Below, in pieces: positions 8,537 through 16,486 of a stretch of 20,672 bases of DNA. The notes below the pieces were generated by a model that did no database searches, was not told the origin of the DNA, and worked only from the letters and a program-made list of their open reading frames with translations. A program made the position numbers and the translations under genes. The stretch's first letter is position 1. Every line of letters begins with the position of its first letter. The DNA is taken from assembly GCA_038248345.1 (NCBI GenBank), contig JBBRXO010000051.1, positions 1 to 20,672 on the forward strand, read 5' to 3'. Source of the DNA: Armatimonadota bacterium. GTDB taxonomy: Bacteria > Armatimonadota > Hebobacteria > CAIYQO01.

Positions 8537-9063
8537 GATGCACCCCCTTCGGCCTGGCTGCGCGCTGCAAAGAGCGCGCGCAGGCGTTCCCGCGCCCGGC
8601 AGCATCTGACGCGAACATTGGTCTCCGTCTCACCCAGCGTCTCGGCGATCTCCGCATAGCTCAGCTCCTGCAGATAGCGCGCCGCTAATATCTCGCGATA
8701 TACCAGCGGCAGGCCATCGAGCAACTCGGCCACATCCACGCCGACATCGGGGGTGGGGGCGGCCAACGAATCGCTGTAGTCGTCCAGCCGGACGTGCTCC
8801 GGCCCCAGACGTTTGAAGTAGTTGAGGCACTTATGGCGCAGGATACCGAATAACCAGGCCCGGAATTTAGTGTAGTCTTTCAGTGTACGCAGGTTCCGGT
8901 AGGCATCCACCAACGCATCCTGCGCCAGATCCTCCGCGTCCTCCGCATTCCGGGACAGGTGCCGCGCCGAGGCAACCAGGCTATGCTGGTAGCGCGCTAC
9001 CAGTTTCCCAAATGCCTCAACGTCCCCTGCCAACGTGGCCTCAATCAGTGTGACATCTTCCAT
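8530..9063 (-). CDS. ECF-family RNA polymerase sigma factor
   Basis: GDVEAFGKLVARYQ, DAEDLAQD, FRAWLFGI (region 2); LP..YRE....RY..ELSYAEIAETLG...NVRVR..RAR (region 4). 177 aa; SD GAGG. Confidence 0.93.
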   Translation of the reverse strand: MEDVTLIEATLAGDVEAFGKLVARYQHSLVASARHLSRNAEDAEDLAQDALVDAYRNLRTLKDYTKFRAWLFGILRHKCLNYFKRLGPEHVRLDDYSDSLAAPTPDVGVDVAELLDGLPLVYREILAARYLQELSYAEIAETLGETETNVRVRCCRARERLRALFAARSQAEGGASC

Positions 9064-9101
9064 TTCGCGTCAACCTCTACAGATCGGGCGTTCTAAAGGT
9101 A

Positions 9102-9130
9102 TAGTCATCTATTTGCGCTAAAACGTTACA
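9102..9130 (-). promoter_or_regulatory. Putative ECF-type autoregulatory promoter
   Basis: Minus strand TGTAAC, 17 bp spacer, TGACTA about 40 bp upstream of the sigma start. An AAC-containing -35 is typical of ECF promoters. Confidence 0.55.
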
Positions 9131-9153
9131 GTACGGCAAAACTATTTTTTGCT

Positions 9154-9374
9154 CTGTAGCCCGCGCCCGCCGTGGCGCGTAATTGTATAGCGATGAATAA
9201 TGAACCAGCGTTTCGTAGCATGGGCGTCCCGCCCATGAGAACGGCCAGATTGCGTATAACCTCATGGGCACCCCTGGGTACGCAGGCATCCCGCCTGCCC
9301 ATAGTACGGTCTTTCGATACAGGTTGTCAAAACAGCATTGTCTGGAAGGATGCCACGGCGGGCGCGGGCTACAG
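9154..9374. repeat. Nested REP/REPIN-like element
   Basis: Perfect 23-bp terminal inverted repeat CTGTAGCCCGCGCCCGCCGTGGC (9154-9176 / 9352-9374). It encloses a GTAG-footed hairpin (9215-9237) and a GGTAC-GCAGGC/GCCTGC hairpin (9277-9298). Confidence 0.8.
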
Positions 9375-9377
9375 TCC

Positions 9378-10646
9378 TCAAATATCCAACGTCCCCGTCT
9401 CATCCACCTTCATCCCCTTCCGCAACATGAAGACGCGGTCAGGACGTTCAATGAAGAGCACGAGAGCTGCTACCACATAGATAAGCGAGAAGAGGGGATG
9501 AATTTGTGCCGGGTCAATTCCGAACGGTGCAAGGTTCGGGTGCTGTGCCAGGATAATCGGAGAGACTAGTTGGGCGACAAATATCACGAAGATCATGCCG
9601 GCCTGCCTGACGTTGAGTCGCAGCGCGCAGAGCATAATAATACCGAGGAGTGACTGGGCAGCGGTAGTCATGATCTCATTCATTTGATGATGGTTCATCG
9701 GTATGGGGGTAGCAAAAGAGTGGAAGGCGATGCCGTAGACGAATGGGATCATACCGACAAGCAATGTCCATTGATTTAGTTTTGCGGAGAGCAGGCTTGC
9801 CAGTGCAACACCGCCGCGCAAGCGCAGGGTGAGCATAATTGCCACAGTAAATTCCGGGGCTTCACTGGCGATAGGGGCCAGCCACTGGATGAGCAACTCG
9901 CGAGGCACATTTAGCAATTCTCCTGATTTGATCAGCCCTTCGGCGAATTGCTCAGCGTTGGCAGCGATAGCTCCAGCGGCGACGAGAAACATAACAATGG
10001 TAGCCACGCGGCGCTGTGCGGTAGGCAGTGAGACCAGCAACTCCGCTGGCCCCTCCGCATCTGATGGGGCAGTCTTCCGCTGGCCAGCCACGCGGAGATA
10101 CCAGGCATATATTGCCATGAAAGCAATGCCGTCATACCATTGAAGTGTCCCTTTTATGGCCACGAACATGGCATAAAGAGTGGCAAGGAGTAGAAAAAAC
10201 AGCTCGGTACGCTGATCTTTCCCGATGCGCACTTCCTTACGTGTCTTCAGCCAGTATACGCCGACGACCACAAACCACGCTACGCCGATAATCAACCGAT
10301 TCGCTCCGGTCATGTTGGCGATTGCCAGTGGGGCATATACTTCAGGATTAGACGCCGCTTGCCAGGTAATATACATGTCTACGGCATATTCAGGGAGCAC
10401 GGCAATGAGCGCCACTATCGCCAGCGCTAATGACTGCGAGATATCTTCCTGCACCGCATCGCATGCCCACAGAAGCAGAAAAGAGGCTCCGAGAACTGCA
10501 ATACCCGAGAGTAAAGCTACCACCCATGCCTGTGGGCTGTGGACCATCTGCTTGGAAAGCCCGCTGAAATGCAGGTAGATGCCCGGGAATGTAGCGAGGG
10601 TGGCAATAATGATCGGCACCAGATGACGACGTAGACGTTGTTCCAT
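9378..10646 (-). CDS. CaCA-family (sodium:calcium antiporter-like) cation exchanger, probably a Mn2+ exporter
   Basis: Multi-TM protein with alpha-repeat-like motifs AVLPEYAV...ANMTGAN and ASEAPEF...SAKLNQ. Start at ATG 10646 after SD GGAGG; lies downstream of a yybP-ykoY riboswitch. Confidence 0.85.
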   Translation of the reverse strand: MEQRLRRHLVPIIIATLATFPGIYLHFSGLSKQMVHSPQAWVVALLSGIAVLGASFLLLWACDAVQEDISQSLALAIVALIAVLPEYAVDMYITWQAASNPEVYAPLAIANMTGANRLIIGVAWFVVVGVYWLKTRKEVRIGKDQRTELFFLLLATLYAMFVAIKGTLQWYDGIAFMAIYAWYLRVAGQRKTAPSDAEGPAELLVSLPTAQRRVATIVMFLVAAGAIAANAEQFAEGLIKSGELLNVPRELLIQWLAPIASEAPEFTVAIMLTLRLRGGVALASLLSAKLNQWTLLVGMIPFVYGIAFHSFATPIPMNHHQMNEIMTTAAQSLLGIIMLCALRLNVRQAGMIFVIFVAQLVSPIILAQHPNLAPFGIDPAQIHPLFSLIYVVAALVLFIERPDRVFMLRKGMKVDETGTLDI

Positions 10647-10703
10647 GTTGTTATGGTTTCCTCCGGCGCGTGGCGGTTGACCGGCCACGCGCAAATACGC
10701 GTA

Positions 10704-10809
10704 GCCAAAGGTCTTGCACCCGGAAACCCGGTCGGCAGGCCAGAAGGATCAGCTTCGGGATTGTTGACCTACCAAGCCGGCTACACCGGCCTTGCTACTC
10801 CCCCCTGGC
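10704..10809 (-). ncRNA. yybP-ykoY manganese riboswitch
   Basis: Minus strand: P1 GCCAGGGG / CCTTTGGC, conserved GGGGAGTAGC, GTCAACA loop segment and GCAAGACCTTTG 3' element, in the 5' UTR of a cation transporter. Confidence 0.88.
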
Positions 10810-10823
10810 GGGAATATGATAAT

Positions 10824-10852
10824 ATATTAGCATATCGAGGGGGATTAGACAA
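10824..10852 (-). promoter_or_regulatory. Sigma70-type promoter for the riboswitch-antiporter transcript
   Basis: Minus strand TTGTCT, 17 bp spacer, TAATAT with extended -10 TG, ending about 14 nt before riboswitch P1. Confidence 0.6.
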
Positions 10853-10999
10853 ATTAGATATCACGCTGTCTTATGCATGTTGTCACGCACAACAAACTAA
10901 ATTGGCAGGAAAGTATATAATGTTTGTCGAAATGTACATCTTAAGTTTAACATCAGTTGAGTTTAATGAGATGTAGACACGTTTGAAAGGGAGTATATT

Positions 11000-11473
11000 A
11001 TGAGAACAACATATTCGGGTCAGTTAATGGCCGAGGGCTTGCGTTTTGGAATCGTAGTCAGTCGTTTCAATGACCTGATAACGAACCGCTTAGTGGCAGG
11101 GGCGCTGGATGTGCTGGCGCGGCACGGATGCGATGTAGACCAGCAGGTGGATCTTGCCTATGTACCGGGCACCTTCGAGATGCCGTTGGTGACGAAGAAA
11201 CTGGCGGAGAGTGGCAAATATGATGCCATCATCTGTCTAGGGGCGGTCATTCGTGGAGGAACACCACATTTTGACTATGTGGCCGCTGAAGTATCAAAGG
11301 GCGTCGCGACGGTTGGATTGCAGACAGGTGTACCGTGTATATTCGGGGTATTGACGACAGATTCTATCGAGCAGGCAATTGAACGCGCTGGGACCAAGGC
11401 GGGCAATAAGGGCGCCGATGCAGCAATGGCCGCCATTGAAATGGCCAATCTACTAAAATCACTGGAGGAATAA
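11000..11473 (+). CDS. ribH: 6,7-dimethyl-8-ribityllumazine synthase
   Basis: [54 protein letters not shown]. Confidence 0.97.
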   Translation: MRTTYSGQLMAEGLRFGIVVSRFNDLITNRLVAGALDVLARHGCDVDQQVDLAYVPGTFEMPLVTKKLAESGKYDAIICLGAVIRGGTPHFDYVAAEVSKGVATVGLQTGVPCIFGVLTTDSIEQAIERAGTKAGNKGADAAMAAIEMANLLKSLEE

Positions 11474-11475
11474 CA

Positions 11476-12861
11476 ATGACAGAATTTAACGAACACAAAC
11501 CAGATGGGACTGAACCAATAGTTCCACCTACTGCAGTGCTGATGGAGGATGAAAAACCTGCGATAGCGGCAGTAGACCATACCGCGACCGCGGCCTACCC
11601 GGTGGGGGATACCCATACTCCGCCACCGCCCCGGCAGGGGGCATCCACCGGCACCGTCATCCTGTTGGCGATAATCTTCGGGTTACTAGCCGGCTTTGGC
11701 GGCACTGTACTGGCGACCTGGGCAAATGATACTGGCAGGTTCAATCTGGCCGGAGCCATGCGCATGAACCGCCAGATATCGCCTAACATCAACATCCCCA
11801 TCACCGAAGTCTCGCAGGAGCGCTCAGTGCAGGTGGCGGCGAAGCTGAATGAGTCTGTGGTAAACATCCGTACCGAGTCGGTACAGGATAATCCATATTC
11901 GATGTTCTTCGGCGGCGGTGGCTCACAGACCGTTACCGGTATCGGTACCGGCGTTATTGTTGATACCGATGGGTATATTCTCACTAATATGCACGTAGTG
12001 GACGGCGCCAAGCGCATCACCGTCACCGTGCTCTCCGCCAACGGGCAGCAGGAGTATCCAGCCGAATTCATCGCAGGTGACAAGCAAGAAGATATGGCAG
12101 TGGTGAAGATCAAGGCTGATGGCCTTCGCCCGGTGGTATTCGGCAACTCAGATGCACTACAGGTAGGACAATGGGCGATGGCGATGGGTAATCCGTATGG
12201 ATTCGAGCATACCGTCAGCGTAGGTGTGGTGAGCGCGCTCAACCGACAACTACCGACGGAAGATGGTAAAACCATGAAAGGTCTGGTGCAGACCGACGCC
12301 TCCATCAACCCCGGCAACAGTGGGGGGCCGCTGGTGAATATCAACGGTGAGGTCATCGGCATAAATACGGCAGTCTATGTGGGTGGCAACGGCCAGGTAC
12401 AGGCGCGCGGTATCGGCTTCGCTATCCCTAGCAATCGTGCCAAAGAGATAATGGAGCAGCTCCGCAATAAGAAGAAGATCGAGCATCCGTATATCGGCAT
12501 CAAATATATCCCCAATAATGATGACGTGCAAACGCAATTCCACTTGCCCGTGAGTGATGGTGTACTGGTGCAGGAAGTCGTAAAAGATGGCCCTGCGGGC
12601 AAGGCGCAGATTAAAACGCAGGATATCATCACAACTGTTGATGGACAGAAGTTGAATACAAAAGATATATTAGGCGATATCGTCGCCAAGCTACCCATCG
12701 GCAAAGTTGTAGATGTGCTGTTATTACGTTTCAATAACGGAAAATGGGAAGAGCAAAAAGTAAAATTGACCGTGGGTGACATGCCGGTAGCCACAGCACC
12801 GGAAGAGGCAACACCGCAACCCGCCCCCCGGCGAAGGATCATTCCCAACTTCCCGTTCTAA
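11476..12861 (+). CDS. htrA: HtrA/DegP-family membrane-anchored serine protease with one PDZ domain
   Basis: TM anchor; triad TNMHVV, DMAVVKI, QTDASINPGNSGGPL; IGFAIP; C-terminal PDZ (YIGI..GVLV..V...GPA). Confidence 0.93.
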   Translation: MTEFNEHKPDGTEPIVPPTAVLMEDEKPAIAAVDHTATAAYPVGDTHTPPPPRQGASTGTVILLAIIFGLLAGFGGTVLATWANDTGRFNLAGAMRMNRQISPNINIPITEVSQERSVQVAAKLNESVVNIRTESVQDNPYSMFFGGGGSQTVTGIGTGVIVDTDGYILTNMHVVDGAKRITVTVLSANGQQEYPAEFIAGDKQEDMAVVKIKADGLRPVVFGNSDALQVGQWAMAMGNPYGFEHTVSVGVVSALNRQLPTEDGKTMKGLVQTDASINPGNSGGPLVNINGEVIGINTAVYVGGNGQVQARGIGFAIPSNRAKEIMEQLRNKKKIEHPYIGIKYIPNNDDVQTQFHLPVSDGVLVQEVVKDGPAGKAQIKTQDIITTVDGQKLNTKDILGDIVAKLPIGKVVDVLLLRFNNGKWEEQKVKLTVGDMPVATAPEEATPQPAPRRRIIPNFPF

Positions 12862-12884
12862 TGGTCAATATTGCAACGAGATAT

Positions 12885-12931
12885 CGTCCGTTCCACATCC
12901 TAAATAGATGTGGAACGGACGTTTTTTGTTT
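12885..12931 (+). terminator. Intrinsic terminator of ribH-htrA
   Basis: Perfect 15-bp stem CGTCCGTTCCACATC / GATGTGGAACGGACG followed by TTTTTTGTTT. Confidence 0.9.
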
Positions 12932-13018
12932 GTTAGGATTCAATGTTACCCATAATCGTCAAAATTCGCTATAATTGTAACTTAATTCACGATGTTGTTG
13001 TAGTAAGGGGTCTGCTAG

Positions 13019-15253
13019 ATGATCAGCAGTGGGATTCCCAGGCTGGAAGGCAAGCTGGAGGAGCGTTTTGCCACCATCATGTCCCGGGTAGAGCGGTACG
13101 CGCCTGCCTATGACCGGGAGATGTTAGCGCGCGCCTATGAATTTGCCGCTTTTATTCATCGCGATCAACTCCGCCGCAGCAAAGAACCATATATTATTCA
13201 CCCCCTGGAAGTTGCCAATATTCTTGCCGAATTAGAAGTAGATGAGTCCACGATTGCCGCTGGTTTCCTCCACGACACTATCGAAGACGGCAAACTGGAA
13301 CGCGCTGATGGGACTGTGACGCCGGTGACACGTGCTGATATCGCCGAAAGATTTGGCAATGACGTCGCAACGCTGGTTGAAGGTGTTACCAAGTTGGGGG
13401 CACTACATTTCGGTTCACGCGAAGAGCGTCAAGCAGAAAATCTGCGTAAATTGCTCATTGCCACTGCGCGCGACATACGCGTTATCCTCATCAAACTTGC
13501 TGATCGCTTCCACAACACGCGGACTTTGATGTACATGGATAAAGAGGTGCAGGAACGCATAGCAGATGAGACGTTACACATATATGCTCCTATTGCACAT
13601 CGCCTGGGCGTCTGGAAGATCAAATGGGAACTAGAGGATTCCTCCCTGCGGGCGCTGCAGCCGGACATATACCAGAAAATTCAGAAGCTGGTGAACCGTA
13701 CCCGCGCTGAACGTGACGAAGTAGTCAGCACTGCGATAATCATGATTAATCAACGCCTGCAAATGGAACATATCAATGGTGATGTGGTGGGACGCCCCAA
13801 ACATTTCTATTCAATATACAATAAGATGAGGACGCAGGAGATTAACTTCGACCAAATACTTGACCTGGAGGCTGTGCGGGTAATTGTCGATACCATCCCC
13901 GAATGTTATGCAGTGCTGGGGGAGATTCACAATCTATGGTTGCCGTTGCGTGATCAGTTTACTGACTATATCGCCATGCCGAAGCCGAATCTTTATCAGT
14001 CGCTCCATACCAAAGTTGCAGGCCCGCATGGCATGACGCTGGAGGTGCAGATCCGCACCCGGGAGATGCACAGAATTGCTGAAGTAGGTATCGCTGCACA
14101 TTGGCGTTACAAAGAGGGCGGCTCGCGTGACGTAGAGTTTGAAAAGAAGCTCTCCTGGGTGCGCGGCTTACTGGAATATGAAGCTGATGCGAAAAGTGGC
14201 GAGGATTGGCTGGAGTCCCTAAAGACAGATTTATTCAAAGACCAGGTGTTTGTTTTTACACCAGCGGGCGATATCATCGACCTGCCCGCTGGTTCTACCC
14301 CTGTTGACTTCGCCTATCGTATCCATACAGACCTTGGCGCGCGCTGCGCCGGGGCTAAAGTTAACGGACGCATGGTGCCGATTAACTTTAAGTTCAGTAA
14401 TAACGATGTAGTGGAGATTATTGTAAAGGCCAACCAGAAGCCCAGCCTGGATTGGCTCGGTTTTGTCGCTACCCACCAGGCCAAAACACGCATTAAAGCA
14501 TACTTCCGCAAAGCAAACCGTGAAGATAACGTGATACGTGGCCGTCATGCTCTGGAAGAGGAGTGCAAGCGTGAAGGTGTGCCCCAGAGTGAGTATCTAA
14601 AAGCGGATAAGCTGGAGAAACTAGCGGTAAAGATGAATATGGCGACCGGTGAAGATGTCTTTGCGCTCATCGGTTATGGCGAACTGACAGCGGAGGGTGT
14701 GCTTCATCGACTGCGAGAAGATATTCCACGCCGGTCGATTGATGAATTACGCGTCAGTAGCGGGCCAATTGCCGAACAGGGGCGTTTGCCTATTCAAGTG
14801 CCAGCTTCTGGAATAGACGGTATCCTTTTTAACCTCTCTAAATGTTGTCAACCGATCCCCGGTGATGCTATTGTTGGGTATGTTACCCGCGGTAAAGGGG
14901 TGACAATCCACCGCATTGATTGCCCCAACCTGCGCCAATATCGCGAGAACCCGGAGGAAGCGCAACGCTTGCTCATTCTCGATTGGGAGGAGAGCAGTGG
15001 CGGAGTTTACCAGGCAGAACTGGAAATCACTAGCCTGGATCGGGTAGGATTGGCGGCGGATATCTATGCTATATTCTCCGAAACAAAGACTAATATCCGC
15101 TCAGCGCGAATGAATAGCGATGCAAAGCACCGTACCATGCACTTTATTTTGCATGTGGAGACTTCAGGATTGTTAAAATTACAGGAAATTATTGCGCGCG
15201 TCGGTAACCTCAGCGATGTTTTGCAGGTACATCGACGCCACACTGGGTCTTAA
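13019..15253 (+). CDS. rel: Long RelA/SpoT homolog, bifunctional (p)ppGpp synthetase/hydrolase
   Basis: HD motif HDTIED, IKLADRFHN, GRPKH, YQSLHT, EVQIRT, AAHWRYK; TGS (TPVDFAY.IHT), CC zinc region (KCCQP..GD..HR.DC), ACT (DRVGL). Confidence 0.96.
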   Translation: MISSGIPRLEGKLEERFATIMSRVERYAPAYDREMLARAYEFAAFIHRDQLRRSKEPYIIHPLEVANILAELEVDESTIAAGFLHDTIEDGKLERADGTVTPVTRADIAERFGNDVATLVEGVTKLGALHFGSREERQAENLRKLLIATARDIRVILIKLADRFHNTRTLMYMDKEVQERIADETLHIYAPIAHRLGVWKIKWELEDSSLRALQPDIYQKIQKLVNRTRAERDEVVSTAIIMINQRLQMEHINGDVVGRPKHFYSIYNKMRTQEINFDQILDLEAVRVIVDTIPECYAVLGEIHNLWLPLRDQFTDYIAMPKPNLYQSLHTKVAGPHGMTLEVQIRTREMHRIAEVGIAAHWRYKEGGSRDVEFEKKLSWVRGLLEYEADAKSGEDWLESLKTDLFKDQVFVFTPAGDIIDLPAGSTPVDFAYRIHTDLGARCAGAKVNGRMVPINFKFSNNDVVEIIVKANQKPSLDWLGFVATHQAKTRIKAYFRKANREDNVIRGRHALEEECKREGVPQSEYLKADKLEKLAVKMNMATGEDVFALIGYGELTAEGVLHRLREDIPRRSIDELRVSSGPIAEQGRLPIQVPASGIDGILFNLSKCCQPIPGDAIVGYVTRGKGVTIHRIDCPNLRQYRENPEEAQRLLILDWEESSGGVYQAELEITSLDRVGLAADIYAIFSETKTNIRSARMNSDAKHRTMHFILHVETSGLLKLQEIIARVGNLSDVLQVHRRHTGS

Positions 15254-15277
15254 ATGTATCTGAACTGGTAGATTATT

Positions 15278-15928
15278 ATGGAAGAAATGCCGTCCCCACA
15301 CAAAACACGCCGGGGCTACGAAATATCGAAACGCCTCGTTGACCTGCTCCTGGGGGGGGCGTTGTTTGTCGTAACAGCGCCGTTAATGCTTCTGCTTATT
15401 CTCCTTATCAGGATCTTCGACGGCACCCCCGTGTGGTACCGGCAGCTGCGCGTAGGCCGCGGGGGAACATCTTTTATATTGTTGAAATTGCGTACTATGC
15501 GCCCCGGGGAATCCGAGCCACACCCCGATCGACCAATTGCTCGCGCTGGCCAAAGTGCGCGGATTACTCCTATTGGTAAGGTTTTACGCCGATTAGCGTT
15601 GGACGAGCTGCCCCAGCTCTGGAATGTGGTGCGAGGCGAGATGTCGCTCGTGGGTCCCCGCCCCTTGCCGGAGAAAGACCTGGCGCAACCCGGCTGGCTG
15701 GCATCCGTCAGTGATGAAGAGCGCGCCCGACGTAACCAATGGGTAAGTATTCGTCATACGGTCACTCCTGGACTCACCGGCCTCTGGCAAATTAGCCCTA
15801 ATGCGGAGAAAGACCTGGAGAATTGGATAGCTGCCGACTTGACCTATGTACAGCGGCGTTCATTGGCGCTGGATCTCCGCATATTATTACTGACCCCCGG
15901 GGCGGTGCTGCGTGGGCGGCAAATATAG
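15278..15928 (+). CDS. Small monotopic phosphoglycosyl transferase (bacterial sugar transferase, PglC/WcaJ C-terminal type)
   Basis: KRLVD, Q.RVG, KLRTM, RITPIG, LDELPQLWNV.RGEMSLVGPRP, PGLTGLWQI. Confidence 0.92.
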   Translation: MEEMPSPHKTRRGYEISKRLVDLLLGGALFVVTAPLMLLLILLIRIFDGTPVWYRQLRVGRGGTSFILLKLRTMRPGESEPHPDRPIARAGQSARITPIGKVLRRLALDELPQLWNVVRGEMSLVGPRPLPEKDLAQPGWLASVSDEERARRNQWVSIRHTVTPGLTGLWQISPNAEKDLENWIAADLTYVQRRSLALDLRILLLTPGAVLRGRQI

Positions 15929-16018
15929 CCTTATCCATGTTGCTCCAAGCTCTCATTTCTTTCCCCACGACGCGCCAGCGCAAAAAAGTATATAATCTAC
16001 TTGAGGGGTATTGAAATT

Positions 16019-16477
16019 ATGCCGATTATTGAGACCGATATTATTATTGCCGCGCCACTGGATGCGGTTTATGCGGTCGCCAAGGATATTGAACGTTTCC
16101 CGGAGTTCCTGCCCGATGTGAAGTCGGTGGTGATAACCGAGCGCTCTGCGGGGCGCTACGTCTCGGAGTGGGTGGGGATAGTGGAGAAACTGAACCGCAC
16201 CATCAAGTGGACAGAGGAGGATTTGTGGGATGATAGCACCCACATCTGCACCTTCCGCACGCTGGGCGGCGACTGGGACAAATACGATGGCATCTGGTCA
16301 TTCGCTGAAGTAGCAGGCGGTACCCGTATGAGTATGAAACTCGACGTGGACATTAATGTCCCGTTGATCGGCGCGCTCATTAAAACCCTCATCGGCAAGC
16401 TGGCGAAAGAGAACGTCAATGGCATGTTCGCCGGCATCAGCAGACGGGTAACTGGATTACAGGTAACTGGATCATAG
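16019..16477 (+). CDS. SRPBCC/START-family (polyketide cyclase/Coq10-like) protein
   Basis: I.AP.D.VY.V..D.E.FPEFLP.V motif, G.W.F strand, C-terminal amphipathic helix. ATG 16019 follows SD GAGGGG. Confidence 0.88.
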   Translation: MPIIETDIIIAAPLDAVYAVAKDIERFPEFLPDVKSVVITERSAGRYVSEWVGIVEKLNRTIKWTEEDLWDDSTHICTFRTLGGDWDKYDGIWSFAEVAGGTRMSMKLDVDINVPLIGALIKTLIGKLAKENVNGMFAGISRRVTGLQVTGS

Positions 16478-16486
16478 TGAGGTTTG

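Noticed and set aside
8537..8605. Longer N-terminus of the anti-sigma given by the ORF track
   Set aside because: It overlaps sigma region 4. ATG 8536 has an SD and places the zinc finger at the N-terminus.
7090..9374. CRISPR array or integron attC interpretation of the palindromes
   Set aside because: No regularly spaced direct repeats with unique spacers, no cas or integrase genes, and the ends lack clear RYYYAAC/GTTRRRY cores.
9077..9569. Short ORFs across the sigma-antiporter intergenic region
   Set aside because: No protein-like motifs; the region is explained by nested palindromic repeats.
10647..10694. Longer N-terminus of the antiporter, and ORF 10638-10976
   Set aside because: They overlap the riboswitch and its expression platform; SD GGAGG supports ATG 10646.
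11595..12848. Long antisense ORFs opposite htrA, and similar ones opposite the ABC genes, mrdA and the TagA-like gene
   Set aside because: Shadow ORFs of well-supported genes, with no independent motifs.
12975..13005. TGTAAC upstream of rel as a target of the local ECF sigma
   Set aside because: No matching GAC/CGT-type -10 at 16-17 bp, and it abuts a TATAAT that better fits a housekeeping promoter.
16447..16472. GGTAACTGGAT direct repeat at the end of the SRPBCC gene (VTGLQVTGS)
   Set aside because: Only two copies, a small local duplication with no evident function.
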